From: Actinomycetota bacterium
Lineage (GTDB): Bacteria > Actinomycetota > Thermoleophilia > Miltoncostaeales > Miltoncostaeaceae
Length of the DNA: 39,259 nucleotides
Direction: 5' to 3'
NCBI GenBank assembly: GCA_005800465.1
Contig: SYFI01000003.1
Span: 1-39,259 of the forward strand
Below are positions 1 through 8,061 of this stretch, piece by piece. Position 1 is the stretch's first letter. Every line of letters starts with the position of its first letter. Made by a program: the position numbers and the translations under genes. The notes beneath the pieces are model-generated. The model made no database searches. It saw nothing but the letters and a program-made list of their open reading frames with translations, and was not told the origin of the DNA.

Positions 1-975
1 CTCCTGCAGTGGCACGACGGTGCCGCAGATGACTGTGGCGCCCTGCAGGATCATGCCGTTGACGAAGCCGATGATGCCGGCGGCCACCACCACAAGCAGC
101 GCGCTGCCGCCCACCGCGGCGATCGCGATAAGCCACGTGACCACGGCCGAGACCCCGAGCCCGATCATCACCGCCTTGCGGGGCGCGACGTTGCGGGTGA
201 CCAGCGGCGTCATGCCACCCAGCCCGAGCACGAGAAACCCGCAGAGCCCGGCAATGGCCACATTGCGCTCACCAAGCGTGTCGTACAGATACAGCGGCAC
301 GATCGACAGCACCGTGCCCTCCATAAAGCTCATGGTGAATGCGGCGGGCGCCATGAACCCCGCGAATCCACGCATCTGCCCCTTGGGCACCCCCACGCGT
401 ATCTCAAACGTGTAGCGGCGCCGCGGCACGGTCTCACTGGCGAGGATGACGCACCCGATACCCACCGCCAGCAACACCAGGTGCACCTCATAGGGACGGT
501 GAATGGGGTCGCCCCAGTACTGGGCAACCAGACCCGCCATGCCCGGACCCAGGCCGAAACCCAGACGGAAGAATGCCCCCGCCGCCATGGCGGCCAGTGC
601 CCGCTTGGCCGGGATGGCGTGATCCACCACAAACGCCGTGCCCACACCCAGGAACATGCCGACCGCCAGCCCCTGCAGCACCCGGCCCACAAAGAGCATG
701 GGCACCGACTCGGTGAAGGCGAACAGGAGCGATGCGGACGTGAGCACGAGCATGGCCGGCAGCAGGACGCGCTTTCGGCCCAGGCGATCGGATGCGCTCC
801 CGGCCACCAGCATGGTGGGCACCACCGTGGCCGTGTACGTGGCGAACAGCAGTGTGAGCGTGCCGTTGGACAGGTGGAACTGGCCCGCATAGAGCGGCAG
901 CAGCGGGGTAATGATGCTGGTGCCCATGGTGAACACCAACAGGGAAACCAGCGCCAGATAGGCCCCGCGGGTCAA
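1..975 (-). CDS. MFS transporter (C-terminal part runs off the window edge)
   Basis: Absent from the ORF track because it is open at the window edge. My minus-strand translation in the frame ending at base 1 reads (M/L)TRGAYLALVSLLVFTMGTSIITPLLPLYAGQFHLSNGTLTLLFATYTATVVPTMLVAGSASDRLGRKRVLLPAML...FVGRVLQGLAVGMFLG... This is a multi-TM protein with the MFS loop motif D-R-x-G-R-K-R. TTG at 975-973 overlaps the TGA (974-972) of the upstream MFS gene (TTGA). Confidence 0.85.
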   Translation of the reverse strand, partial: MTRGAYLALVSLLVFTMGTSIITPLLPLYAGQFHLSNGTLTLLFATYTATVVPTMLVAGSASDRLGRKRVLLPAMLVLTSASLLFAFTESVPMLFVGRVLQGLAVGMFLGVGTAFVVDHAIPAKRALAAMAAGAFFRLGFGLGPGMAGLVAQYWGDPIHRPYEVHLVLLAVGIGCVILASETVPRRRYTFEIRVGVPKGQMRGFAGFMAPAAFTMSFMEGTVLSIVPLYLYDTLGERNVAIAGLCGFLVLGLGGMTPLVTRNVAPRKAVMIGLGVSAVVTWLIAIAAVGGSALLVVVAAGIIGFVNGMILQGATVICGTVVPLQE

Positions 976-2579
976 TCCCGTGGCCTCGGGGGGTGCTCGC
1001 CCGTGCCCGGGATCATCGCCACGATGCGTGCCCCCGGGCCAACGACCCGAGGCATGCGCCAAGCCGCCACGAGGCCCAGGAGCAGGATGCCTGCGGCCGC
1101 AAACAGGGCGGCGCGCATGCCCTGCGCCGCCTGGTCGCGCACGGCCACCGGCAGCAGGCCGGAGTTGGCGGTGACGGAGGCGGGGAGCGATATCGCGAGG
1201 ACCGTACCGAGAAGGGCGCCCCCAAGGGCTCCACCGGAATACCGCGCGATATTCGGCAGGGCCGACGCAACGCCGATCCGATCATGCGGCGCCTCGTGGA
1301 TCGCCGTGGTGGTCACGGGTGACGTGGCAGACGACAACCCGAGCCCGGTGAGGATGAGCCCCGGCAGCATCCACACATACGACTGCGTCATGGCCCCCAG
1401 CGCCAGCGCGATTGCGCCGGCCACCGCCGTACCCACAGCGAATCGCACCACCACGTCGCTTCCCACCATGCTCATGAGGCGTCCGGATGTCGGCGCGCCG
1501 ATCATGAAACATGCTGCCACCGGGGTGATAGCCAACGACAGCTCGATGCCCGAGTAACCCAGCACCGTGGAGAAGTAGAACGGCAGCAGTATGAGCGTGC
1601 CGAACATGGCTCCTCCCACGGCGAACCCGGCCAAGTTGGCATTTCTCACCGTCGGCAATTTCAGCAGCGAGAGATCGAGCATGGGATCGTCGGTGGTGCG
1701 CTCACGCCAGGTGAACAGCACGAGGAACACGATGCCGAGAGCCCCGACGATGAGCGTGCGGGGTGCCATCCATCCCCATGCCGATGCCTGCGAAAGCGCG
1801 GTGAGCAGCGGGAACAGGCCAAGTGCGGCTAGCGCGGCACCCAGCATGTCGAATGGGCGGGCCTCAGTTGGCGCCCGCTCTCGCAATACAAACAGTGCGC
1901 CCACAAGCACGATCAGCGCCACCACGGGGGTGAACCAGAACACGCTGCGCCATCCCCATACGCCCACAAGCACGCCGGCGAGGTTCAGGGCCAGCACCGG
2001 GGCGACGGCCATGATGCCCGACAGCACGCCAAGGGCCAGCCCGCGCTTCTCGGGCGGAAAGAGAATGGCCGCATAGGCGAATGCCGTGGGCGCCATGGCC
2101 GAGGCACCGACCCCCTGCATGATGCGGAACACGATGAGGGCGGGCTCGCTCCAGGCCACTGCGCACAGCACCGAGGCGAGAACCATGATGAGGATTCCCG
2201 CCACCCACACCCGCCGGCGCCCGTACAGATCGCCCGCGCGGCCGGCGATGGGCAGCAGCACCGCCTGGGTCACGAGATAGCCCGTCACCACCCAGGTGGT
2301 GCCCGACACGCCTGAGTGGAAATCGTTGGCGATCGATGGGAGGGCGATGTTGACGATGCTGATGTTCAGCACCTGCAGCATCATTCCGCCGGCCACCACG
2401 GCCATGGCCATCCACCGCCAGCGGGGACTCTGCCGCAGCCGGGCACGGACGGCGAGCAGGGCGGGCGGGCGTGGCATCTGCATGACGGTCGCACCGTATA
2501 CCCCGCCCGCGATCGCCAGTGGTGCCCGAGACCAACCCGGCTCGCTACGCTCTCGCCCGTGGTAAAGAAGAAGCGCCAA
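972..2579 (-). CDS. MFS drug/H+ antiporter, DHA2 (EmrB/QacA-like, about 14 TM)
   Basis: 535-aa ORF with MFS signatures: NIALPSIANDF, IAGRAGDLYGRRRVW, FRIMQGVGASAMAP. It is long and hydrophobic, consistent with 14 TM helices. The true start is probably the internal Met at 2483 (MQMPRPPALL...) rather than 2579. Confidence 0.9.
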   Translation of the reverse strand: MALLLYHGRERSEPGWSRAPLAIAGGVYGATVMQMPRPPALLAVRARLRQSPRWRWMAMAVVAGGMMLQVLNISIVNIALPSIANDFHSGVSGTTWVVTGYLVTQAVLLPIAGRAGDLYGRRRVWVAGILIMVLASVLCAVAWSEPALIVFRIMQGVGASAMAPTAFAYAAILFPPEKRGLALGVLSGIMAVAPVLALNLAGVLVGVWGWRSVFWFTPVVALIVLVGALFVLRERAPTEARPFDMLGAALAALGLFPLLTALSQASAWGWMAPRTLIVGALGIVFLVLFTWRERTTDDPMLDLSLLKLPTVRNANLAGFAVGGAMFGTLILLPFYFSTVLGYSGIELSLAITPVAACFMIGAPTSGRLMSMVGSDVVVRFAVGTAVAGAIALALGAMTQSYVWMLPGLILTGLGLSSATSPVTTTAIHEAPHDRIGVASALPNIARYSGGALGGALLGTVLAISLPASVTANSGLLPVAVRDQAAQGMRAALFAAAGILLLGLVAAWRMPRVVGPGARIVAMIPGTGEHPPRPRD

Positions 2580-3158
2580 CGCGTTATCGATCCCGTCAAC
2601 CTCGGTGACCGGGACCTCCTGTGGGGCTACGCGCGGCTGTCGCGCCTCTACGGCGTGGTGCTTTTGGGCGTGTCATTCGCGCTGCTGGGGTTGTCCGTCA
2701 TCCTCGAGGCCACATCTGAGGATGGCTGGTCGTGGATGTGGCTGGGCGTGACCGTGGGCATGGGTGGGATCACGGGCCTTATCTTCTTCCCACTGCTCAG
2801 CGTGTGGCTCAAGCGCAGCGGGCTGGCATCTATCCGCCTGCCGGACGCGCAGCTGGCCGACGGGTCACGCCTGCTCGAGGCCGGACCACGCGACTGGCGG
2901 CGATGGGCCACCATCTCGTCGATCGTCATGTTCGTGGCGTCGGCCTTCATGCTGCTGTTTCTCGTGGCCGTGCTCGGCCGTGGGGGCACCGCCGAGGGCG
3001 TGGTAATCGGCGTGCTATTGGCCTGGGGGGTGGTGACCATTGCCGACGGCGAGAAGATCGCCATGGCCGAGGAGGAACAGGGGCGCGCCTACTGGGCAGC
3101 GGGGCAGCGCCCCACCGGCGCGGGCAACCGGCTGGTGTTCACCACCCGCGCGAAGTAG
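2559..3158 (+). CDS. Hypothetical small membrane protein (about 4 TM)
   Basis: The 3' part of ORF 2316..3158 is hydrophobic: YGVVLLGVSFALLGLSVIL, WLGVTVGMGGITGLIFFPLL, ISSIVMFVASAFMLLFLVAVLG, VVIGVLLAWGVV. The 5' part of that ORF is antisense to the MFS gene. In-frame GTG at 2559 is chosen as start and is uncertain. No family recognised. Confidence 0.6.
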   Translation: MVKKKRQRVIDPVNLGDRDLLWGYARLSRLYGVVLLGVSFALLGLSVILEATSEDGWSWMWLGVTVGMGGITGLIFFPLLSVWLKRSGLASIRLPDAQLADGSRLLEAGPRDWRRWATISSIVMFVASAFMLLFLVAVLGRGGTAEGVVIGVLLAWGVVTIADGEKIAMAEEEQGRAYWAAGQRPTGAGNRLVFTTRAK

Positions 3159-3161
3159 CGC

Positions 3162-3374
3162 TCAGCTGGTCGGCGTGTTCCGGTGCAGGTCGCGGAACAG
3201 GCGCTCGGGGCGCTCCGCGTACATCTTGGTGAGGCCGCACTCGATGCAGGTCTCACCCCGAAGGGCGCTCACGCGCCCGGAGGCCATTCCCGATCGACGG
3301 CGCTTCAGGGACACAATCCCCGACACGACCGTGTATTCGACCCGGCCACCACACTCATTGCAGGCATCTGGCAT
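3162..3374 (-). CDS. Small zinc-ribbon protein (two CxxC knuckles), unknown function
   Basis: 70-aa ORF MPDACNECGG...ETCIECGL with CxxC at both ends. Third codon positions are G/C-rich like neighbouring genes. It is divergent from trxB. Confidence 0.6.
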   Translation of the reverse strand: MPDACNECGGRVEYTVVSGIVSLKRRRSGMASGRVSALRGETCIECGLTKMYAERPERLFRDLHRNTPTS

Positions 3375-3384
3375 GTTGCTAGGG

Positions 3385-3410
3385 TATCCCCTCTATACCG
3401 GGAGGGGGTA
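3385..3410. promoter_or_regulatory. Imperfect inverted repeat with C/G tracts in the divergent zinc-ribbon/trxB intergenic region; candidate CsoR-family operator
   Basis: TATCCCCTC (3385-3393), spacer tataccgg, then GAGGGGGTA (3402-3410); 8 of 9 positions are complementary. The flanking sequence reads GGTAT-CCCCTCT-ATACC-GGGAGGG-GGTAT. It lies 37 nt upstream of the trxB GTG. Confidence 0.4.
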
Positions 3411-3446
3411 TGTTCCCGCTCCATGTCGAGTGCCTAGGAGGGCCGT

Positions 3447-4394
3447 GTGTCCGTAGATGGCGTCAACGAAGTGATTATCGTCGGCAGCGGGCCCGCCGGG
3501 CTCACCGCCGCCATCTACGCGGCCCGTGCCGGGTTGGAGCCGTTGGTCATTGAGGGCTACGGCGCGGGTGGTCAACTGATGATCACAACCGACGTGGAGA
3601 ACTACCCGGGATTCCCCGACGGCGTTCAGGGCCCCGACATGATGGTCATGTTCCGTCAGCAGGCCGAGCGGTTTGGCACCCGGTTCATCACGGCCGATGT
3701 ATCGCGGGTCGACTTCTCGGAACGACCGTTCCGGGTGTGGGTTGATGACGACGAGCACGTAGGTCGGTCGATCATCGTGTCCACCGGTGCGTCCGCACGC
3801 TGGTTGGCCATTGAGGGCGAGACGCGCCTGCGCGGAAAGGGCGTGTCGGCGTGCGCCACCTGCGACGGCTTCTTCTTCCGCGACAAGCCGGTGGTAGTGG
3901 TCGGTGGTGGCGACACCGCGATGGAGGAGGCCCTCTTCCTCACCCGTATGTGCGAGAGCGTGACCATCGTGCACCGCCGCGACGCATTTCGGGCATCGGC
4001 CATCATGGCCCAGCGGGTTCTCGAGAACCCCAAGATCACCGTGGTGTGGAACTCCCGCGTGGTTGACGTGGAAGGCGCCAACGTTGTGGAGGGCGTGCGT
4101 GTGGCCGACGTCGACACCGGTGACGAGCAGGTCATCCCAACCGCCGCCATGTTCGTGGCCATCGGGCACCAACCCAACACCGAACTGTTTGAGGGGCTCC
4201 TCGATGCCGACGGCGAGGGCTACCTCATCACCGACGGCACCCGCACCAACGTCGAGGGCGTGTTCGCCTGCGGCGACGTGCAGGACACTATTTACCGGCA
4301 GGCCGTTACGGCAGCGGGCAGCGGATGCATGGCGGCAATCGATGCGGAGCGGTGGCTTGAGGCCGCAGCGCATCCGGCCACTGCCACCCACTGA
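3447..4394 (+). CDS. trxB: Thioredoxin-disulfide reductase
   Basis: FAD motif VIIVGSGPAGLTAAIYAARA, redox-active CATCDG, NADPH motif VVVVGGGDTAMEEALFLT, C-terminal GVFACGDV. GTG start. Confidence 0.97.
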   Translation: MSVDGVNEVIIVGSGPAGLTAAIYAARAGLEPLVIEGYGAGGQLMITTDVENYPGFPDGVQGPDMMVMFRQQAERFGTRFITADVSRVDFSERPFRVWVDDDEHVGRSIIVSTGASARWLAIEGETRLRGKGVSACATCDGFFFRDKPVVVVGGGDTAMEEALFLTRMCESVTIVHRRDAFRASAIMAQRVLENPKITVVWNSRVVDVEGANVVEGVRVADVDTGDEQVIPTAAMFVAIGHQPNTELFEGLLDADGEGYLITDGTRTNVEGVFACGDVQDTIYRQAVTAAGSGCMAAIDAERWLEAAAHPATATH

Positions 4395-4423
4395 CAACAC
4401 CCGAACACGAACCAGGAGCAGAA

Positions 4424-4741
4424 ATGTCTGACGTCATCGAGATCACCAGCGACACCTTCCAGGGCCTTGTACTCGAAAGCGAGAAGCCCGTCGTGGTGGA
4501 CTTCTGGGCCCCGTGGTGCGGCCCCTGCCGCATGATCGGCCCGGTTATCGACGAGATCGCCCGCGACCGCGACGACATCGTGGTGTGCAAGATCAACGTG
4601 GACGATGCCCCGGACATCGCACAGCGCTACGGGATTCAGGGCATTCCCTTTATCGGCCTGTTCGAGGGTGGCCAACTCACCAAGAACGCCGTGGGTGCCA
4701 TGCCGCGCGCCGGTATCGAGCAAGCACTCGGGCTCGCATAA
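4424..4741 (+). CDS. trxA: Thioredoxin
   Basis: 105 aa with VVDFWAPWCGPCRMIGP (WCGPC active site). It follows trxB after 29 nt. Confidence 0.97.
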   Translation: MSDVIEITSDTFQGLVLESEKPVVVDFWAPWCGPCRMIGPVIDEIARDRDDIVVCKINVDDAPDIAQRYGIQGIPFIGLFEGGQLTKNAVGAMPRAGIEQALGLA

Positions 4742-4744
4742 ACC

Positions 4745-4978
4745 ATGCCCTCGTACGACTTGCGATTCCAGTCGTGTGCGCACGACTTCGAAGTGTTCCG
4801 CCAGGGCTTCCTGCGTGATGACGACCGTTCGTGCCCCCAGTGCGGGGCGCGGGCCGAACAGTTGATCACCGCCGGGTTCGTGTCGGCCAAGCCCTCCCGT
4901 GGTGGTGGCGCCGGTGCGCCAACTGGCGGGGGCGGCCACGCACACGGCGGTGGCTGCGGCTGCGGCCACAACCACTAA
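4745..4978 (+). CDS. FmdB-family zinc-ribbon protein with Gly/His/Cys-rich tail
   Basis: N-terminus MPSYDLRFQSCAHDFEVF...CPQCG resembles the FmdB pattern MPxYxYxCxxCGxxFE...CPxCG. The tail is GGGGHAHGGGCGCGHNH. It starts 3 nt after the trxA stop. Confidence 0.75.
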   Translation: MPSYDLRFQSCAHDFEVFRQGFLRDDDRSCPQCGARAEQLITAGFVSAKPSRGGGAGAPTGGGGHAHGGGCGCGHNH

Positions 4979-4986
4979 GTCGTACC

Positions 4987-5271
4987 GTGGCCACCGGCGC
5001 ATCAGCACCTCCCACCCGTGAACAGATCATGGTGCGTCTGCGGCGCGCGGAGGGTCAATTGCGCGGCGTGCAGCGCATGCTCGACGAGGACTCGTCATGC
5101 GACGACGTGCTGGTGCAACTGGCGGCCGTCACCGCGGCACTCGATCAGGTGGGGCTGCACCTGATCGGCGAGCGGCTGCGCGGCTGCACGCAGGCGGATG
5201 GGGAGATCTGCGCCGACGAGCTCGAGCGAAGCGTTGCCACGCTCATGCGCCACGCGCGCATCGGGCGCTAA
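4987..5271 (+). CDS. CsoR/RcnR-family (DUF156) metal- or thiol-sensing transcriptional repressor, x-C-x-C type
   Basis: RLRRAEGQLRGVQRMLDEDSSCDDVLVQLAAVTAALDQVGLHLIGERLRGC matches the CsoR-family helix pattern (RLxRIEGQxRG...C.DV..Q..AV). The start is either GTG 4987 or ATG 5029. The rest of ORF 4831..5271 overlaps the FmdB gene. Confidence 0.85.
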   Translation: MATGASAPPTREQIMVRLRRAEGQLRGVQRMLDEDSSCDDVLVQLAAVTAALDQVGLHLIGERLRGCTQADGEICADELERSVATLMRHARIGR

Positions 5272-6272
5272 GCCGACCACCCGGGGCGCACCCGCGCCAC
5301 GATCGCTGCGGCCCGGTGCTGCACCGGCGGGGCCAGCACCACCCACTCGACCGTCCCCACCACGAGGCTCGGTCTTGCGAGGGGCAGCCGGCTCGCCCCC
5401 TCCGCGCCAACAAAGGTGCCGCCAAACCACGCGCCGGTAAATGCGGTGCCCGTTGGCAGGGTGAGCCCAATGGCCCCGCACACGGCAAGGGATGTGGCTC
5501 CGGATGCCAGCACAAAGGGCAGGCCCAACCGCTGGATGAGCACCCAGGTAACAAGTGCCGCCACGCAGCCGATAGGCACCACTGCGGCATGCGCCATGCC
5601 ATCCATGCCCGGCAGCAGCGGGTGGTCGCGCTCGGCACCCACGGCATCCGCCACCAAGTAGAGGCCGGACGCCGCGATGTAGGCCAGCGCCCCCATGCGT
5701 CCACCCACGCCATCCCACACCGATGGGCCGATGAGCGACCAGAGCACCCCGGCCAGCAGGGCGGCGCCCATCACCCACCCGGTGCCAAGCGTCACGGTAG
5801 GCGACAACATGCCGAGGAAGGCGCCGGTATAGACCGCTCCAGCGGCGCTTAAGTCAATCTGCTGCCCGGGCAGCGCCATGGCCACGAGAACGACGGCCAC
5901 CAGCGACGTCGCCACGATAACGGGGATGCCCATTTCGCGAGCCAGAAAGAGGGTCATCGCGGCCGCTGCCACAGACATGCCGACATTGATAGCCCGTACC
6001 CGCACGACCTGCTTGGAGGTGGGCGTGGTGATGGCCATGCCGCCCACCAGAAGAACCCCGGCAACAAGGGCTGCTGCCAAGGGGAGGGGCTCGGCGTCCA
6101 GCAGAAACGATGCGGCGCAGAGGAGCCCGAGGCCCACGGCCATGACCGATGCGAGCAGCAGTACGGCAGGCGACGGCAGCTCCGAACGGCCCTGCCACGG
6201 CTCCTCGTGGGGGATGCTCGCAGTGGACCGGGCCTCGGGCTGAAAGAGGGGTGAGAGGCGGGGCGGGGTCAT
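5268..6272 (-). CDS. Polytopic membrane protein, unknown family (paralog B of a tandem pair)
   Basis: Starts at internal ATG 6272 (MTPPRLSPLFQ...) of ORF 5268..6689. This ATG overlaps the TGA of the upstream paralog (ATGA 6272-6269). The protein is very hydrophobic and aligns by eye with the upstream gene: GWVMGAALLAGVLWSLIGP, PLLPG, LVTWVLIQRLGLPFVLAS. Confidence 0.8.
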   Translation of the reverse strand: MTPPRLSPLFQPEARSTASIPHEEPWQGRSELPSPAVLLLASVMAVGLGLLCAASFLLDAEPLPLAAALVAGVLLVGGMAITTPTSKQVVRVRAINVGMSVAAAAMTLFLAREMGIPVIVATSLVAVVLVAMALPGQQIDLSAAGAVYTGAFLGMLSPTVTLGTGWVMGAALLAGVLWSLIGPSVWDGVGGRMGALAYIAASGLYLVADAVGAERDHPLLPGMDGMAHAAVVPIGCVAALVTWVLIQRLGLPFVLASGATSLAVCGAIGLTLPTGTAFTGAWFGGTFVGAEGASRLPLARPSLVVGTVEWVVLAPPVQHRAAAIVARVRPGWSA

Positions 6273-7366
6273 CGTGATGGCGTGGCCGGCGCTCGCGCGA
6301 CACGCGCAACGAGAGGTCCGAGGTGGCGACCATGCATAAGCCATTCGGCGCCGGCAGCGGCCATGCACGCGATGGTCGCCGTGGCACCGAGTACCCCCAC
6401 GTGGCCGGTGAGCGGCCCCCAAGAGTGCAGCATCAGCGTGCCGTAGACGATTCCTGTAACGCCGATCCAGAAGGCCGTCGGAAGGCGCTGAGGGCTGGCA
6501 CTGGCGATGAGCGTGCCACCCACCCATGCCGATCCGAGCACCGGCATGCTGGCGGGGAGGGCGATGGCCATGACCCCGCACACGCACAGCGAGGGCAGCG
6601 CCGATGCCAGCACAAAAGGCATTGAGGTGCGGCGGATGAGCTCCCAGGTGACCAGCGCACCGGCCATCCCGATGGGAAGAATCGCCCAACTTGCAAGACC
6701 CACGCTCTCAGCTGGCAAGAGGGGTGGGGAGTCGGTGCCGCTCCAATGGGCGAGCAGGTATACGACCGACCCTGTCAGAAAGGCGACTGCACCAAGCCGG
6801 GCTCCCACCCCGGGCAGCACCGCGGGGCCGACGACAGACATGAGCAGCCCCGCGAGCAGGCCCGCAAGCAGCACCCACCCCCAGGCCAGCACCGGTCCGG
6901 GCTGGAGCAGCCCCGTGAACATGCCCGCGTACCCGGACGCCGATGCCATGAAGTCGAGCGGGCCATCGCGCAGGGACAGAACTCCGATGATGGATCCCGT
7001 GACCCCCACTGCCACGAGCACGGGAACCCCCAACTCGCGCGTGAGGAACTGGGCGAACACGGCCCCGCAGAGACCGAGGGTCACGTCGATGACCCGTGGC
7101 ATCCGTGATGGCCGCGAGGTAATGAGGCCGAGCACGAATCCCAGCAGGCTGAGCGCTCCGATCAGCGCGACGACGGCGAGGTTCACGCCGTGCACCCGCA
7201 TCCAGAAGCCATCCACATACAGGTATCCGAGCGCCACAAGCAGCAGGGCGCCGAGAATGAACGTCACGAGCGGAGGCCGGTACCGGCGATAGCCCTCGCG
7301 CAGATCGCGCACCGTTGCCGTCTCGGATGCTTCCAGGTGGGCCGTGGGGCCGGGGACGCTGCTCAT
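6269..7366 (-). CDS. Polytopic membrane protein, unknown family (paralog A of a tandem pair)
   Basis: 365-aa hydrophobic ORF with blocks shared with 5268..6272: GWVLLAGLLAGLLMSVVGP, PLLPA, LVTWELIRRTSMPFVLAS, AWVGGT. Its ATG overlaps the stop of the HAD gene (ATGA 7366-7363). Confidence 0.8.
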   Translation of the reverse strand: MSSVPGPTAHLEASETATVRDLREGYRRYRPPLVTFILGALLLVALGYLYVDGFWMRVHGVNLAVVALIGALSLLGFVLGLITSRPSRMPRVIDVTLGLCGAVFAQFLTRELGVPVLVAVGVTGSIIGVLSLRDGPLDFMASASGYAGMFTGLLQPGPVLAWGWVLLAGLLAGLLMSVVGPAVLPGVGARLGAVAFLTGSVVYLLAHWSGTDSPPLLPAESVGLASWAILPIGMAGALVTWELIRRTSMPFVLASALPSLCVCGVMAIALPASMPVLGSAWVGGTLIASASPQRLPTAFWIGVTGIVYGTLMLHSWGPLTGHVGVLGATATIACMAAAGAEWLMHGRHLGPLVARVARAPATPSR

Positions 7367-8043
7367 GCGGCAATTCTTACGGGAATCTGCGCCAGCGTCG
7401 TGATGACGTCATCCGCGGCAGCGGCCTCGGCCTGCGGGGAGCGGTCCAGAAGCAGCGCCTCGAGCCCGGCGCTTCGGGCACCATCCAGGTCCTCCACGCG
7501 ACGGTCGCCAACGTGCAGTGCCTCCGCCGGTGCCATGCCGAGGGGGGAGAGGGCCGTGGCGAAGATGGCGGGATCGGGCTTTTGATAGCCAGCCGCCGCA
7601 CTCGCAACGATGACCCCAAAGCGGTCGGCCACCCCCAGACGGGTCAGGTGCTGGGGCAGCGCGCAGTCCCAGTTGCTCACCACGCCGAGCACCAGACCCA
7701 TGTTGTCCAGGCGGTCAAGGGCCGGCAGCACGTCGTCGAACAGGTAAAAGCGCAGGGATTCCACCAAGAGGTCGGTGGCCAGCGGGATGGGCGGTGCACC
7801 GGGGCCGAGCGCATCAACGAGCACTCCGGCGCACTCGGCACGCAGCGTTGCCAGCCCCTGTGCATCGCGCCCCAGCTGCATACGCAACCGGTAATGGCGT
7901 ATCTCGAGGGCGAGGGCATCGGCCACCTGTTGCTCGTCCAGTGGAAAACCGGCATCGGCCAGCAGGGCGGTGAGCACCGGGGCCGGTGGATCCATGCGAA
8001 GAAGCGTGCCGAACGCGTCGAGCAGGACCGCGCGCACCGTCAC
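7363..8043 (-). CDS. HAD-superfamily hydrolase, subfamily IA (haloacid-dehalogenase/REG-2-like motif I)
   Basis: Motif I VLLDAFGTLL (second Asp replaced by Phe), motif II VVSNWD, motif III YQKPDPAIF, motif IV HVGDRRVEDLDGA. Confidence 0.85.
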   Translation of the reverse strand: MTVRAVLLDAFGTLLRMDPPAPVLTALLADAGFPLDEQQVADALALEIRHYRLRMQLGRDAQGLATLRAECAGVLVDALGPGAPPIPLATDLLVESLRFYLFDDVLPALDRLDNMGLVLGVVSNWDCALPQHLTRLGVADRFGVIVASAAAGYQKPDPAIFATALSPLGMAPAEALHVGDRRVEDLDGARSAGLEALLLDRSPQAEAAAADDVITTLAQIPVRIAA

Positions 8044-8061
8044 CGAAGCCCCACTGAACTA

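Noticed and set aside
3156-3164. Rho-independent terminators at convergent gene ends (also checked at 5268-5271, 10901-10904 and 19230-19300)
   Set aside because: There is no space between the convergent stops, and I found no GC-rich hairpin followed by a T-tract.
3375-3446. SigR/SigH-type promoter (GGAAT-N18-GTT) expected upstream of an actinobacterial trxB
   Set aside because: I found no GGAAT element with the correct spacing to a GTT in this 72-nt region. Only TANNNT-like hexamers (TAGGGT) and the C/G-tract inverted repeat are visible, so no sigma-factor assignment is made.
5268-7366. Assignment of the tandem membrane paralogs to ClC chloride channels, AbrB-duplication (AmoA-like) proteins or ThrE-type exporters
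   Set aside because: The weak resemblance comes from Gly-rich TM segments only. Diagnostic motifs such as ClC GSGIP/GREGP are absent, so the pair is left as an unknown family.
7315-8061. 5' two-thirds of the 460-aa plus-strand ORF 7315..8697
   Set aside because: It is antisense to the well-supported HAD hydrolase and has Arg/Gly/His-rich composition. Only the part downstream of the HAD gene (from about 8062) is treated as coding.
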